NCBI GenBank assembly: GCA_964255285.1
Contig: CAXUUL010000061.1
Coordinates: forward strand, 1-41,332
Direction: 5' to 3'
DNA: 41,332 nucleotides
Source: Ionaspis alba
Taxonomy: Eukaryota
The notes under the pieces are model-generated. The model was not told the origin of the DNA. It ran no database searches and worked only from the letters and a program-made list of their open reading frames with translations. The position numbers were made by a program, and so were the translations under genes. The stretch's first letter is position 1, and every line of letters begins with the position of its first letter. Below, piece after piece: positions 1-11,451 of the stretch.

Positions 1-318
1 GTAGCCATTTCATACAATCGCTAAGCCATAAGGATTTGGAAAACATAGTAATGCGCCAGCCAGAGCTTTTCGGGCCCTGGCTCGTCCAACCACGAAGTAA
101 ACGTTACCAGAGCCCAAGAACGTCGGATCTAGAAACATAGAGCACAACGCCAGCCAGATATTCCTCCCTAATCCTCATGCAGCCGTGCCATATACACATC
201 CAAAGACTGGAGAGAAGCGGCACTCCTTTCCTACCCATATCAGCACTCCCATTAGAGCTTGTCAGTCGATCATACACTATCGACGTATTCTCACAAGAAA
301 CCATCCGTAATCCCCTCG

Positions 319-1696
319 CTAAGCACCAGCTCGACTCCACAAGCCCCTCGTAGTTTCCTCGACTCGTCTCGATTGTTCCCTTATCATCTCATCTGTCTGG
401 CCCCTTCCATGGCCCCGGCTGTCAATCTCCATCCTGTCACCCCCTTGACCTACGACCTTCTCCTCTTCCGCGTTTCCCCGAGCATTACCCCGTGCAGGAT
501 CCTTGCTCAAAGCTCCATTCATCATTCCCATGGCGCCTCCCTCCCTAAGCTTATTGATGGCTCTGACGGTGTCAATCGCCGCATGCAATGTCCTCCTTGC
601 GTTGAAGTTCTTCTTCACAACAGGTAGCAGATCCTCTTCTCCAGCATCGCCCTCCGACGCTTTTTCATTCATTACGAAAGGATGTGCTAGCGCTTCGTGG
701 GCTGTCATACGCGCTGTGGGATCGACGGTCAGGCAGCGCTTGATGAATTCCCTGGCTGAGAGGGATACACCGCGCCAGTAGTCAAGGGGTGTGAAGGAGT
801 AGTCGGCGACGAGGATGGCTTGCATTTCTTCGAGGTTGGAGTCCCGATCGAAGGGTGTGTAGCCACAAAGGAGGAAGTAGGTGATTACGCCAATAGCCCA
901 GATATCGCTGGGTGAGAAGAAGCGTGGTCAGCAAGAGTTAGGTGATGTATACGCGAGGGTTTGAGACATACACTGGCTTGCCATGCCCCGTCTTTTTGAA
1001 GATTTCAGGAGCCATATAACCAGGGGTACCACAAGTAGTTGTCAGGACATGAAAGGCCTCCTCATCCATGATTCGAGACAACCCAAAATCAGCTATAAGC
1101 AGGTCCGCATTATCCTCTGGAGTTCTGAACAAGAGGTTCTCTGGTTTGAGGTCTCTGTGCACAATGCCATGGACGTGTAGATACGCAACGGCCGAAAGTG
1201 TTGCGCGTATCAGGTCGGCAGCGTCGGACTCGTAGTAGCTCCCTTTCCGACATATACGATCAAAGAGCTCTCCACCGAGTGCCAGGTCGGTGACTAAATA
1301 TACTGATTGTAGGGTACCAGTCAGCTCCATGTCCAGCGAGCACCGTTCGAGGAGACACACAGTTGTTCATGGTCTCGAAGTAATCCACGAGCGTCAAGAT
1401 GTTCTGGTGGCCCATGGAAACCTTTTTCAGAACAGCAATCTCATTGCGCACCTGGACCGATTGCTGGAGTCAGCGCCGGCGAACAATATCAGACGAGGCG
1501 CGTAGTGTACCATGTGTTCCCTCCCTGCCATCATCCTTTTGTTGATGACCTTCGCAGCATAGTATCTCCCCGTATCTATATGCACACACTCTTTGACCAC
1601 GGAATACGAGCCCGCCCCAAGGGTTTTGCCGGTCTTGTAGCGACATGGTTGTATCTGTGGTTTCGCTGCTTGCCCATTCGGAGCTGGCGCAGACAT
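319..1696 (-). CDS. Calcium/calmodulin-dependent protein kinase (Cmk1/Cmk2, CmkB-like)
   Basis: Four exons joined in frame via GT..AG introns: 1696-1511, 1451-1361, 1302-972, 907-319. Kinase motifs GAGSYS, AAKVI, HRDLKPEN, DFG, CGTPGYMAPE, and a CaM-binding tail FNARRTLHAAIDTVRAINKL. Confidence 0.93.
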
Positions 1697-2187
1697 GTTG
1701 CTAGCAAACGCAGGAGATCCAATGGAGAGGTAGAACTCGTGCTGCCGGGAGCCAATGCACTATCAATGTTGGAATTCAACGGTGAGGGGAGTCGATCTTT
1801 CGTTCCAGCAGAGACTTGTTGGACTTCGTGGACCGTGCAGCACGACCGTCAATGAGCACGATATGCGCAGGAAAGCAACGTCTAAGTGGCCTGGATGAAC
1901 GACCCTCGCTGTCGTAGACTCGTTTGTTCTCACTCCTGTCGGGAGTCCACTCTGGTTGGACTCCACGGGCTCTAGCTGGCTCGATTGGCGGGGAATGCGT
2001 CTGGTATAAGCGCTAGTCGTGGGAGACGCGGGGATGCCCAAGATGATCCCCGATAACGAAGAGCTTGTATGTACTGAAGACGGAATGATCCGTTTTGTGA
2101 GCGCACCTTTCAATGTAGATGAAACTGAATAATGAGCTTGATTATGACTCTATCGCGTCTAGATCGACAGCATGATGGTATCACGTG

Positions 2188-3259
<1,072 letters not shown>

Positions 3260-4270
3260 CTATCTTCTGAGGTAACAGAGCTATAAATTCGTAGCAGTGT
3301 GGACTCCAAAGGATCTCCGAACGCTCTGTGGACTAAAGGGAAAAGGCGCGGATCTCTGGATGCACTCATTTGTTCTTAGACACGTTATGGTGAATGGAGG
3401 CAGACGAAGACCATGAGGACAGAGAGACGGTGGTCGCAAGTCTCTCGGCCTCGTCCTCGTAGGTTGAGTCGGCGACGGCGGCTCTGGATCGTGGATGGGG
3501 AACATGGTACATGGAGAGCGTGAGGCTCAGAAGAACGAGTTGTGCAGCCTTATGTTAGATATGTGCAAATATTATGCAACCAGTGAACTACCACAACCAA
3601 AGAGAGCCGAGGAAATTTCTCCGCCTACTCCACACCATGAGAGGGAATAAAGCCTCAACCACAAGCTGAAATAATAATCCCTCAGTACAACTCGGGATTG
3701 AAGGCATGATGCCAGCAGTGACTCTGGAGATGGTACTGCTACCATTTCGTCCATCATACCACCTAAGCAGTCCCCATCGAAGGCCACCACGCAAGCTAAC
3801 CGCTTTCCGAAATTCATGCAAAGCGCGACCGCGTCTCAAGGCCGTCTCACGATAATCCCACCACTCACTCCACTGCCACCCTTGGGGCCCACAAGCTGGC
3901 CGACCAGCTCTCCAACCCCCCAGCATAAGGCCATGCCATTGATGCCCTTACTCATCCCACCGGACACCGCAAGCGTATCAGAACCAGATGGAACCCTGCG
4001 TCCCGGATTCATGCTCCCATCTCATCATGCACGGCAATCTTGGCAAGCTACAAATGCCCAAGACGCTGCTCACATCTGCTCTCCTCTTCTCCTAACAATC
4101 ATCCCATCTTCTTCTACCTGTCAAAAGTCCTTTTCCATATAGCTATCTGCTTCACAGTCTGTCTTTCCTGTCGCCGGCCGACCCATATCCATTCTCTAAA
4201 TCCAAGTTCCAAAACCTCCACTTCTACCTTCCTCCCATATATTCTTGCATCCACCATACCACTAGCCATC

Positions 4271-4513
4271 ATGAAGTTCATCATTGCATCCATTGCTCTC
4301 TTCTTGTCCCTCGCCATTGCGGCTCCTCTCGCTACTCCGCGAGCCAACGCCGGTGAGTCACCCAACTGCTACTAAGTCTGGACTACTTTAAGCAGCCAAT
4401 ACTCACAAACTCTGGCAGCGCTCACTCGTCGCGAGGACTCCAGCCCGGTGATGTCAACTGACACTGGAGATGTCATCCCCTTCGACACCAACAACGTCGT
4501 CACCAAAGATTAG
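4271..4513 (+). CDS. Small secreted prepropeptide, 58 aa (signal peptide, pro-region, RR dibasic site)
   Basis: Exon 4271-4352, intron 4353-4418 (GTGAGT...TACTCAC...CAG), exon 4419-4513. Gives MKFIIASIALFLSLAIAAPLATPRANAALTRREDSSPVMSTDTGDVIPFDTNNVVTKD*. Classic MKF hydrophobic signal ending AIA-AP; C-ending codon bias; pyrimidine-rich leader. Confidence 0.8.
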
Positions 4514-5686
4514 ACACGTTGCTGAAGATGGATGACCGGAAGTAGGAGATGTGGGGATAGGGATGGGAGCAGTTGAGAGCATACTTGCGAGAGATTCTGT
4601 TTGCGTGCATTAGGGATGGAGTAGTATGGAAGTAGTGGAGGATGGGTGTTCATCATTTTCAATCCATTGTGTACCTATCTGTGGTCTAGAGGGCGTTCAT
4701 TGAGCTGGCTAGGGCACATAATGCATTTTCGAGGTCCTAGGATTATACTCACTGCCTCCTTTGCTGTGCTAGGCTCTTGCACTATTGGTATCTTGTGCGG
4801 AACGAGCCTCGACGTAGCACCAATGCATGAATGAACACCTGGCGTGCTGTACGGGTTTCACCTTGAGATCGAGTGCCTTGCACAGGAGACTGTGCCTGTT
4901 CATAGTCCTGGTCTCAGCACTACTGCTCTGTCCTAGGATGCGGTGTTTAAGAAGGAGATTCTGTGTTGCTTTGTCTCAGTTTGTCGTCACTCAAAATGTA
5001 AGGGCACATCATAGTAGCATCACGGTAACATTCGTGTGTAAGCTTTTTGAGGGATTTTCTATTTCTAGACCAAATCACCCGCTGTAGCATGCTGTGTGCA
5101 TGCTTGTCAGTGTGCAGAACCACTACCTATCCTTCGCAAAGGGCGAAATGTACCAAAGCGACCAGCCTCTCTAAGTCCATAGAAAAACAGCCCAGCACAC
5201 CTAAACTATCCACCAAGGTCGTGTAAGGAAGTTCTAGGAACACAGAAGGAGAGAGCCAGATGAGCGGGCTTGGACAAACATGAACACCACGTCCATATCT
5301 GATGAACATCCCATGAGATGAGACTAATCAACAAATACAGGAGCTTCTCCGATGGCACATGTAAAAAAGAAGAAGAAGGAAGAGGTCAGTGTTGCACAAA
5401 CAGAGTCGTTGACTGCAATGGTTGATGCCGTAGAGACAGACGCATAGGGTTTTGCCGAGATCAAGTCGAGGTATTCTACCTATGATCACGACGAAGGACT
5501 GAGTAGTCTCATCAGTACGTGCAGAGCCACAGCTCAACGTGCCTATGTTTCTCGGTGTTGGAGCCAGGCGTACAAGTAGGAAATGTAAGCCGAAAAAGGT
5601 ACAAGTACAGGGACCTCTCAAGAACTAGAGCCAAAAACATCGAGTGGAGTGAGAGCTATCAACGTTTCGGAGGAAGTCGAATCATC

Positions 5687-8600
5687 TTAGATGTACCACA
5701 TCCCGAAGCGGATGCCACTGACGTTGTCCATCTTGATCAGGGGTGGCGATTCGCTTGCGGTGAAACGGGCAAGCTTCTCCGAATTACTCTTGGACAGCTT
5801 CTTGCCTTCCAAAGCTGCAGTTTCTGCAAGAGCCATAAGCTCCTTCCGCTGTTTTTCTTCGTCTTCCTTGTGGGGTCCTGAGCTGACAGGAACATTTTCG
5901 TGTGCACGTGCACGATTGGAAGCAAGATGTGCGTAGTAGACCGCTGGAACTGTAAGAACATTAGTGGATTTCACTAGCTCAATGAATGATCTACTTACAG
6001 AGAGATACGGGGGTGGTCGAGCGCATGTACTGATAGCAGTGCTCGTAGATCAAGGCATGCAGATCGTTCGGCTTCATATTCATGTCGTCCATCAGGACAT
6101 GGTAATGCGTCGGACGCGCTGTACCCTGAATAGCGCTGTGTGAGTTGAGATAGAAATCGTACTCAAAGGGATGAGTGACATCCCGCTCGACCAACACGCC
6201 TGGCACGGGGTTCCCATTCTTGTCTGCAGCGGGATGTTTCAACGGGAAGAAGCGAATGTGGTGACGCTTCGACGCGACAATTACCGTGTATTTGATCTAT
6301 TTGCTTTAGTAATCATATTAAAATTCAAAAAGTCGGCGAGCTCACCATGTCTGCATTCACTCCCTTGTTGGCCTTGTCAAGTTCCGCCCAGATATGCTTT
6401 AGATATCGAATCTCCTGCTGAAGGACGTGTTGGAACTGTCCCTCAGAGACACCATCACGGAAGTACATGACATGGCGGGGAAGTTTTCCACCACCAACGT
6501 TAGCCATCCATTCACGGAACAGTGGCGACAACATGTCCAACATGTTGAATCTGGTGATCATTTCAACGCGGTGACCATTCGACTCACAAGCGGCTGCATA
6601 GCGAAGACCTAGGACGTCCATGGAACACGTCACTGCAGCCATAGATGGCTGAAGGCTGCCTGGAGAGGCGTGCGAAACGTCGGCGCCGATGATGAGTGTC
6701 GGGACTTTGAAGTGGCCGGTATTACCTTTCCCTCCAACGCGTGCCGTAGAGCCCCCTAGCTTCGCGTTCACCTTCATCAGGACGTTCGAAATGTACTGAC
6801 CCTGGGATTTCATCACATGTGCATTCTGCATACACTGCGACACCACACCAAAGCGACAGTCCGCTGACTTCTTAATGCGCATGTATTCAAAGGAGACCTT
6901 TCCTCCCAACATGAATACCAGCAGTTGAGGCCGGGCATTGCCTGACGAGACGTCAAGGACCGATCTTCTCGGTAGAGTCGGGGCACTTACATTTGTTTCC
7001 TGTTGTGTTGAACAGCTCCGCCACACACTGTCCAATCTCCTGATGACCCATGATCACTGGCGGCGAGTCGTTTAAGACCCTCCCACCGTGACCTTTGTAG
7101 ATGTTAACGAAGCTACGAATGAAAGATTGTGCTTGGGCGATAGAGATCTTGTCACGGCTGAACAGACGCAGTGGTCAGTTGAGTAATCGTGAACGAAGTT
7201 GACGGCGAAAGAACTTACCCCATCTGATTCATGATACACACGCCCCAAGATTTCAGCTCATTCTTGTTGGGCGTCAGGAATTGAGTCCCATCCAACCTCC
7301 AGCGGCCGGAGTACCTGGGCTCCTGCTTACCCTTGCCAAATTGAACAATCGGAGGGTTTAGAAGACGCGCTTGGGTCTGCAGCATCTGCGGGTTGATCTT
7401 GAGGCCGTAGTTGCTCAAGTATTTGTCATTAGCCCAGTCTAGGAGCTTCAGGCCACCCTCGATACCTCTACGGCGTTCGGCAGGCTTGGTCACCGCAAAC
7501 TTGATCATGGAGGCAGTCTGAAGCGTTCGTATTAGCACACGAAGGCCTGGAAAGGATTTCGGTGGAGATATCGTTTACCATGATCTCGTCGAGCTTGTAG
7601 GGATACTTCTGCCCCTCCAGGATCGTGCAGCATTCCATCGGGAAGGCTACTCCCTTCTTTGCGGTTTCGACAACAGGCAAGGTGGGATAATTCAAGACAA
7701 GACCATATCTCTCTTGGAAATACTGCGCAACCGACAACGTCCGCTCCACTCCCGTCTCACGGTTCTTTTGCTTGAACGTCCATTCACGGCAATTCATGTT
7801 GGAAATGTTGCTGACTATGAACTTCTTTCTCTTGGTTTCTACTCCGATTAGTCGAGCTGTAAGACAACTTAGATGCTCTGCAAGAGCTTACCTTCGGATG
7901 CATTTCGGTAGTTGACGGAAAAGCCAACTTTCTTCAATTTCCTCAGCCTGACCAATGTCACAGGGTCCTGCGGAGGAGAGTTGTGAGACGTCTGCACCTT
8001 GGCGAGGTGGTTTCCAATCTCGTTGACCGCCTTGCCAGTGAGCTGAGTAGCGACAAGTGTCATCTGCCAGTTTCCACCCCAAAAGCAACAGTTAGAGACA
8101 TCCACATTAACAACCAGCCCCATACCCTTCACATGTCAGCCTATCATTTATTGTAACCAACGGGTCTGGCTTACCTGGCCCGCTCGAATTGATTGGTACA
8201 CCCCCTTCATGGCCTCGACACCACCACCAAGAGAGGCACGTTCAACCATCCTCTGGTGAAAGAACGCGCGCCGCACAGGAATCATTGACTTGGAAGGAGT
8301 TACCCTCATGAGATGATCGAGGAAGTCTTGACAACTCGTCAGCATCCAGGTTTCCCAGGAGGTATCATTGCAACCTACCAACAGCCTGAAGAACAGACTT
8401 GTCGAACGCCATCTTCCCACTGAACCAAGCATGCAAAGCAGCCATGTTAACAACAATGGAGTGACGAATCTGCACTTTGTGGCGGTTAAGCCGCCCTTCT
8501 CGTGGCTTGATCCCCTTCTCCTCGTCGAGATCTACAGTAATCTGCTTCGGAGGGAACTTCTGCAGATGCCTAGGAAAGCGGCTGAGCATGGCGACTAAGT

Positions 8601-9834
8601 AGCATGCACGACACTACTTACCAGCCAAGACGATTTCCATCCCAGACCCAACCTGCACCAATCTCGTTCTGTAGCTTCCTGGACTCCCACACAGCTCTAA
8701 TAAGGCCTCTCTTTTCCACGCCAGATCCAATGAGGATCTAATGGTTATGAACCAGTCAGTCATATCAGCTTGATAAGGGTCTGCGGAGGAGTTCCTAAGA
8801 CACAAGAAAAAGTTGCAATGTACAGGCTGAAGCAGATAGAGAGAAGCAGGCAGCAGCATAGGGGAGAGATAACTCACGTCATACTGGTAGATGGGCTGGT
8901 TCGGATAGGCAACAACGGGAAACGAATTGATCGCAACCACGACAGCTTGTCCGGATGAGTTGAATTCCTTGGGTCGACGGATGCATTGTGTTGGAAGTTC
9001 GTACTTAGCCAATGGGTCAGTAAGGTCTAGCTGCAGATTGCGGAACTTGCCCGGCTCCTCTGATCTCTCAGTAGTGGAGCCCATTGTGGATATGTAAAGG
9101 AATATGAATGGCAACCAGCAAGCAAGGGTAGTGAGATAGGGTAGTAAGGTTTAGGAATAACAGGTGTTTCGTGGAGACGTGATGGTAATACTTTACGTTC
9201 GATAATGACACCGGCGACACTGGAAGCCTGTAGAAGAGCTGTGTGTGCAATGCAGGGCGAACTGTAGAGATGGGACAAGTGTAGACGATTTTGGGAAAAT
9301 CCGAAGCGTATGATAAAGGAGGATGAACGAAGACGAATCTGTGTTGGAAAGAGCGGGGTTTTATAGTACAATACATGGACAAGCAAACTTGGTGAATGTG
9401 CTCGGTCTTCGGCAAACAAGATGTGAATGATGGGATGCAAGCAGAGCGTCTACTGCTCGAGGCAGTACCACTCCGACTTCGGAGGAGTTTCTGGGACAAG
9501 CCCACAAGGCAACGGAATATGGGAGTGTACGGGATTTGTAAGCACTCACCTCGCTGAACAGATTGTAGGCATTGGCAGGAAAGTCAATGTTTTTGTTCAT
9601 CGGATTGGGCCGTGCTGGATCGAAGAGGGCTTGTCGTACTGCACTTGGAGCACGGGATCCTGCCCTGGAGGAAGATTGGGTGTTAGACATTCTGCGACCG
9701 CGGCTCTGGTCGCGTGTATTGCCCGTCGGGCCATCAACCTGACTCCCAGGCTTGGAGGAGACAGGAGCCGAGCCCGATGCCTCCTTGGCAGCATGACGGG
9801 CTGCGAGCTCGCGCTTTCGAGCAGCGCCTGGCAT
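5687..9834 (-). CDS. Argonaute protein (QDE-2/Ago1-like; N, PAZ, MID, PIWI)
   Basis: Twelve exons join in frame: 9834-9550, 9030-8878, 8737-8622, 8569-8379, 8326-8175, 8126-7892, 7838-7579, 7517-7219, 7157-6991, 6941-6346, 6296-5999, 5949-5687. Motifs GVVSQC, KVNAKLGG, GADVSH, RVEMI, FRDGVSEGQF, KRHHIRFF, IQGTARPTHY, PAVYYAH (D-E-D-H tetrad), C-terminal MWYI. The exon 1-2 junction is the least certain. Confidence 0.95.
9084..9365 (-). promoter_or_regulatory. Putative internal core promoter and 5' leader inside Argonaute intron 1
   Basis: Minus-strand TATAAAA at 9365-9359, followed by a CT-rich tract, no ATG until CCACAATGG at 9084, which is in frame with exon 2. Confidence 0.55.
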
Positions 9835-10387
9835 GGCTACGATCTACGGTATCTAAGGGATTGCATGGTTAGCTCCCTGAGAAAGATCCGACAAAGAGAG
9901 CAAAGTAGAAAAGGTGCAATGAATGTGAATGGTGGAGAGGACTCGACAGCAGAGACCTGGACTGTAGAGTGAGATGCGTGAGGTAGCAAGAGGCAGAGAG
10001 CTATTTCCATGACCAGCGCAGCAATGACAATGTCTTAGAGAACATGAATGTAAAGTGAAGACTACCCACAGGTGAGCTAGCCGTTTCTTCTCGACATTGA
10101 AGTCAGAGACTACACGCACCGAAGATGCTGGGAAAGAAGAATGGAAATGAGGCTTAAAGCAAAGACTAAAAGTCAAGAGGTTAAAGGTGAGTGAGGTATT
10201 GAAGAGACACGATGTCGCTTGCAGAAAGTTGAACGATGTTGACAGAGGGAAGAGTGTATGGGTGAAACCCGAGGTAAGAAGCGGGGTAGTGAGGGAAGGA
10301 AGATGTGAAGTCTTACGAACGAGGAAGGAGCGGTCGTTGATAAGAAACGGCAAGACGATGCTTTGAAACTAGATCAACTTACCGGTC

Positions 10388-10416
10388 GTGGGCAGTCTTT
10401 GTGGGCAGTCTTTGTG
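10388..10416. repeat. 13-bp tandem duplication (GTGGGCAGTCTTT x2.2)
   Basis: Direct read: 10388-10400 = 10401-10413, plus GTG. Confidence 0.85.
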
Positions 10417-10500
10417 AGCGTTGTCAAGGTATAGCTTGATGAAAGGGAGGATGATTGAAGTCTTCACCATTCGCAGTGGACCTGACTTCTCCAAAGGGTG

Positions 10501-10656
10501 AAGGTAGAGGTTTAATTTTCCACGTGGAAGGTTGAACGACAAGAGGTTGAGGTAGAAGAGTGCAAAGTAGACGAAGGTGAGGTAGCAGGTTGAAGGAAGA
10601 TGAAAGGAAGTAGAGAAACAAAGGTAGAGCTTGGAGGTTAGAGCTTGGAGGTTGAA
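10501..10656. repeat. Purine-rich low-complexity block with recurrent AGGTTGA/AGGTAG words and a 14-bp tandem duplication
   Basis: AGGTTGA at 10529, 10544, 10587, 10649; AGGTAG at 10502, 10550, 10580, 10622; TAGAGCTTGGAGGT at 10625-10638 and 10639-10652. Confidence 0.7.
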
Positions 10657-11451
10657 GAATGGTTGTTGTGGATGCAAAACTGAGGCAAAAGTATAGTGGG
10701 CTCCGAAAGTACCGTAAACCCATTTCGGATTAGCTTCGGCTGGCTGCTTGCTTCCACGTCGGCCTGGCTGCTTCTTCGTTCTCGTACATCCAAGTGCTCA
10801 TAATGTCTCGTGGTGATCTCGGATAGCTGTATAAGTCTGGCGGTGTGGAAGCAAACCCTGAGTCCTGATATCCATTATGTTTATACTCTCGCTTCGAGCC
10901 TCGCGTATTTTGAAGCTAACGCTTTGTGGACATAGCTGAAGACCCCTAATCGACAACCCGCCCTCGAATCAGCGACTTTCTTCAGGGCAGTGGGGCTTAC
11001 TGCAGATTGAAAAGCTGTAGGAAACATCTCGATACCCTCTCCTTTGCAGTGGTGAGAGGCATCAGTATCAGCTCTGTCCTAACGGCAATATCGACCAGGC
11101 GGCTAGGCTTAAGCTTTGGGCACATTGAGGTGGAGGAGAATTCATCTGCCACATCCCACGAGTATGAAAAAGATTACTCATCTATGTGCGATAGCTAGGC
11201 CGCTTCAGCGGAGCACATACTCGGAGGAATCCTGTTGGCCCGATCCGCCAGATAACCCCGAAGTCCCGCTGGCCAGGCGCAAGAGAGACATGCTGCTCCT
11301 ACAATATGGACCAATTGCAAACGCCTCACGGCCCTGGGCGTTTTCAAGATGCATGCTAGCGCGATCCCCACCGTCTAAGTTATGCAGCTCCCCAAACGAG
11401 GCGCTATGCTGTTACCATCAACTCGCAATACTGGGTCCCCTGCTTTAACAA

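Noticed and set aside
9064..9084. N-myristoylation of the short Argonaute isoform (MGSTTER)
   Set aside because: Position 6 is Glu rather than the favoured Ser/Thr.
9853..10723. Minus-strand ORFs of 99-166 aa upstream of Argonaute
   Set aside because: F/L/S-rich translations typical of pyrimidine-rich non-coding leaders; mostly non-ATG starts.
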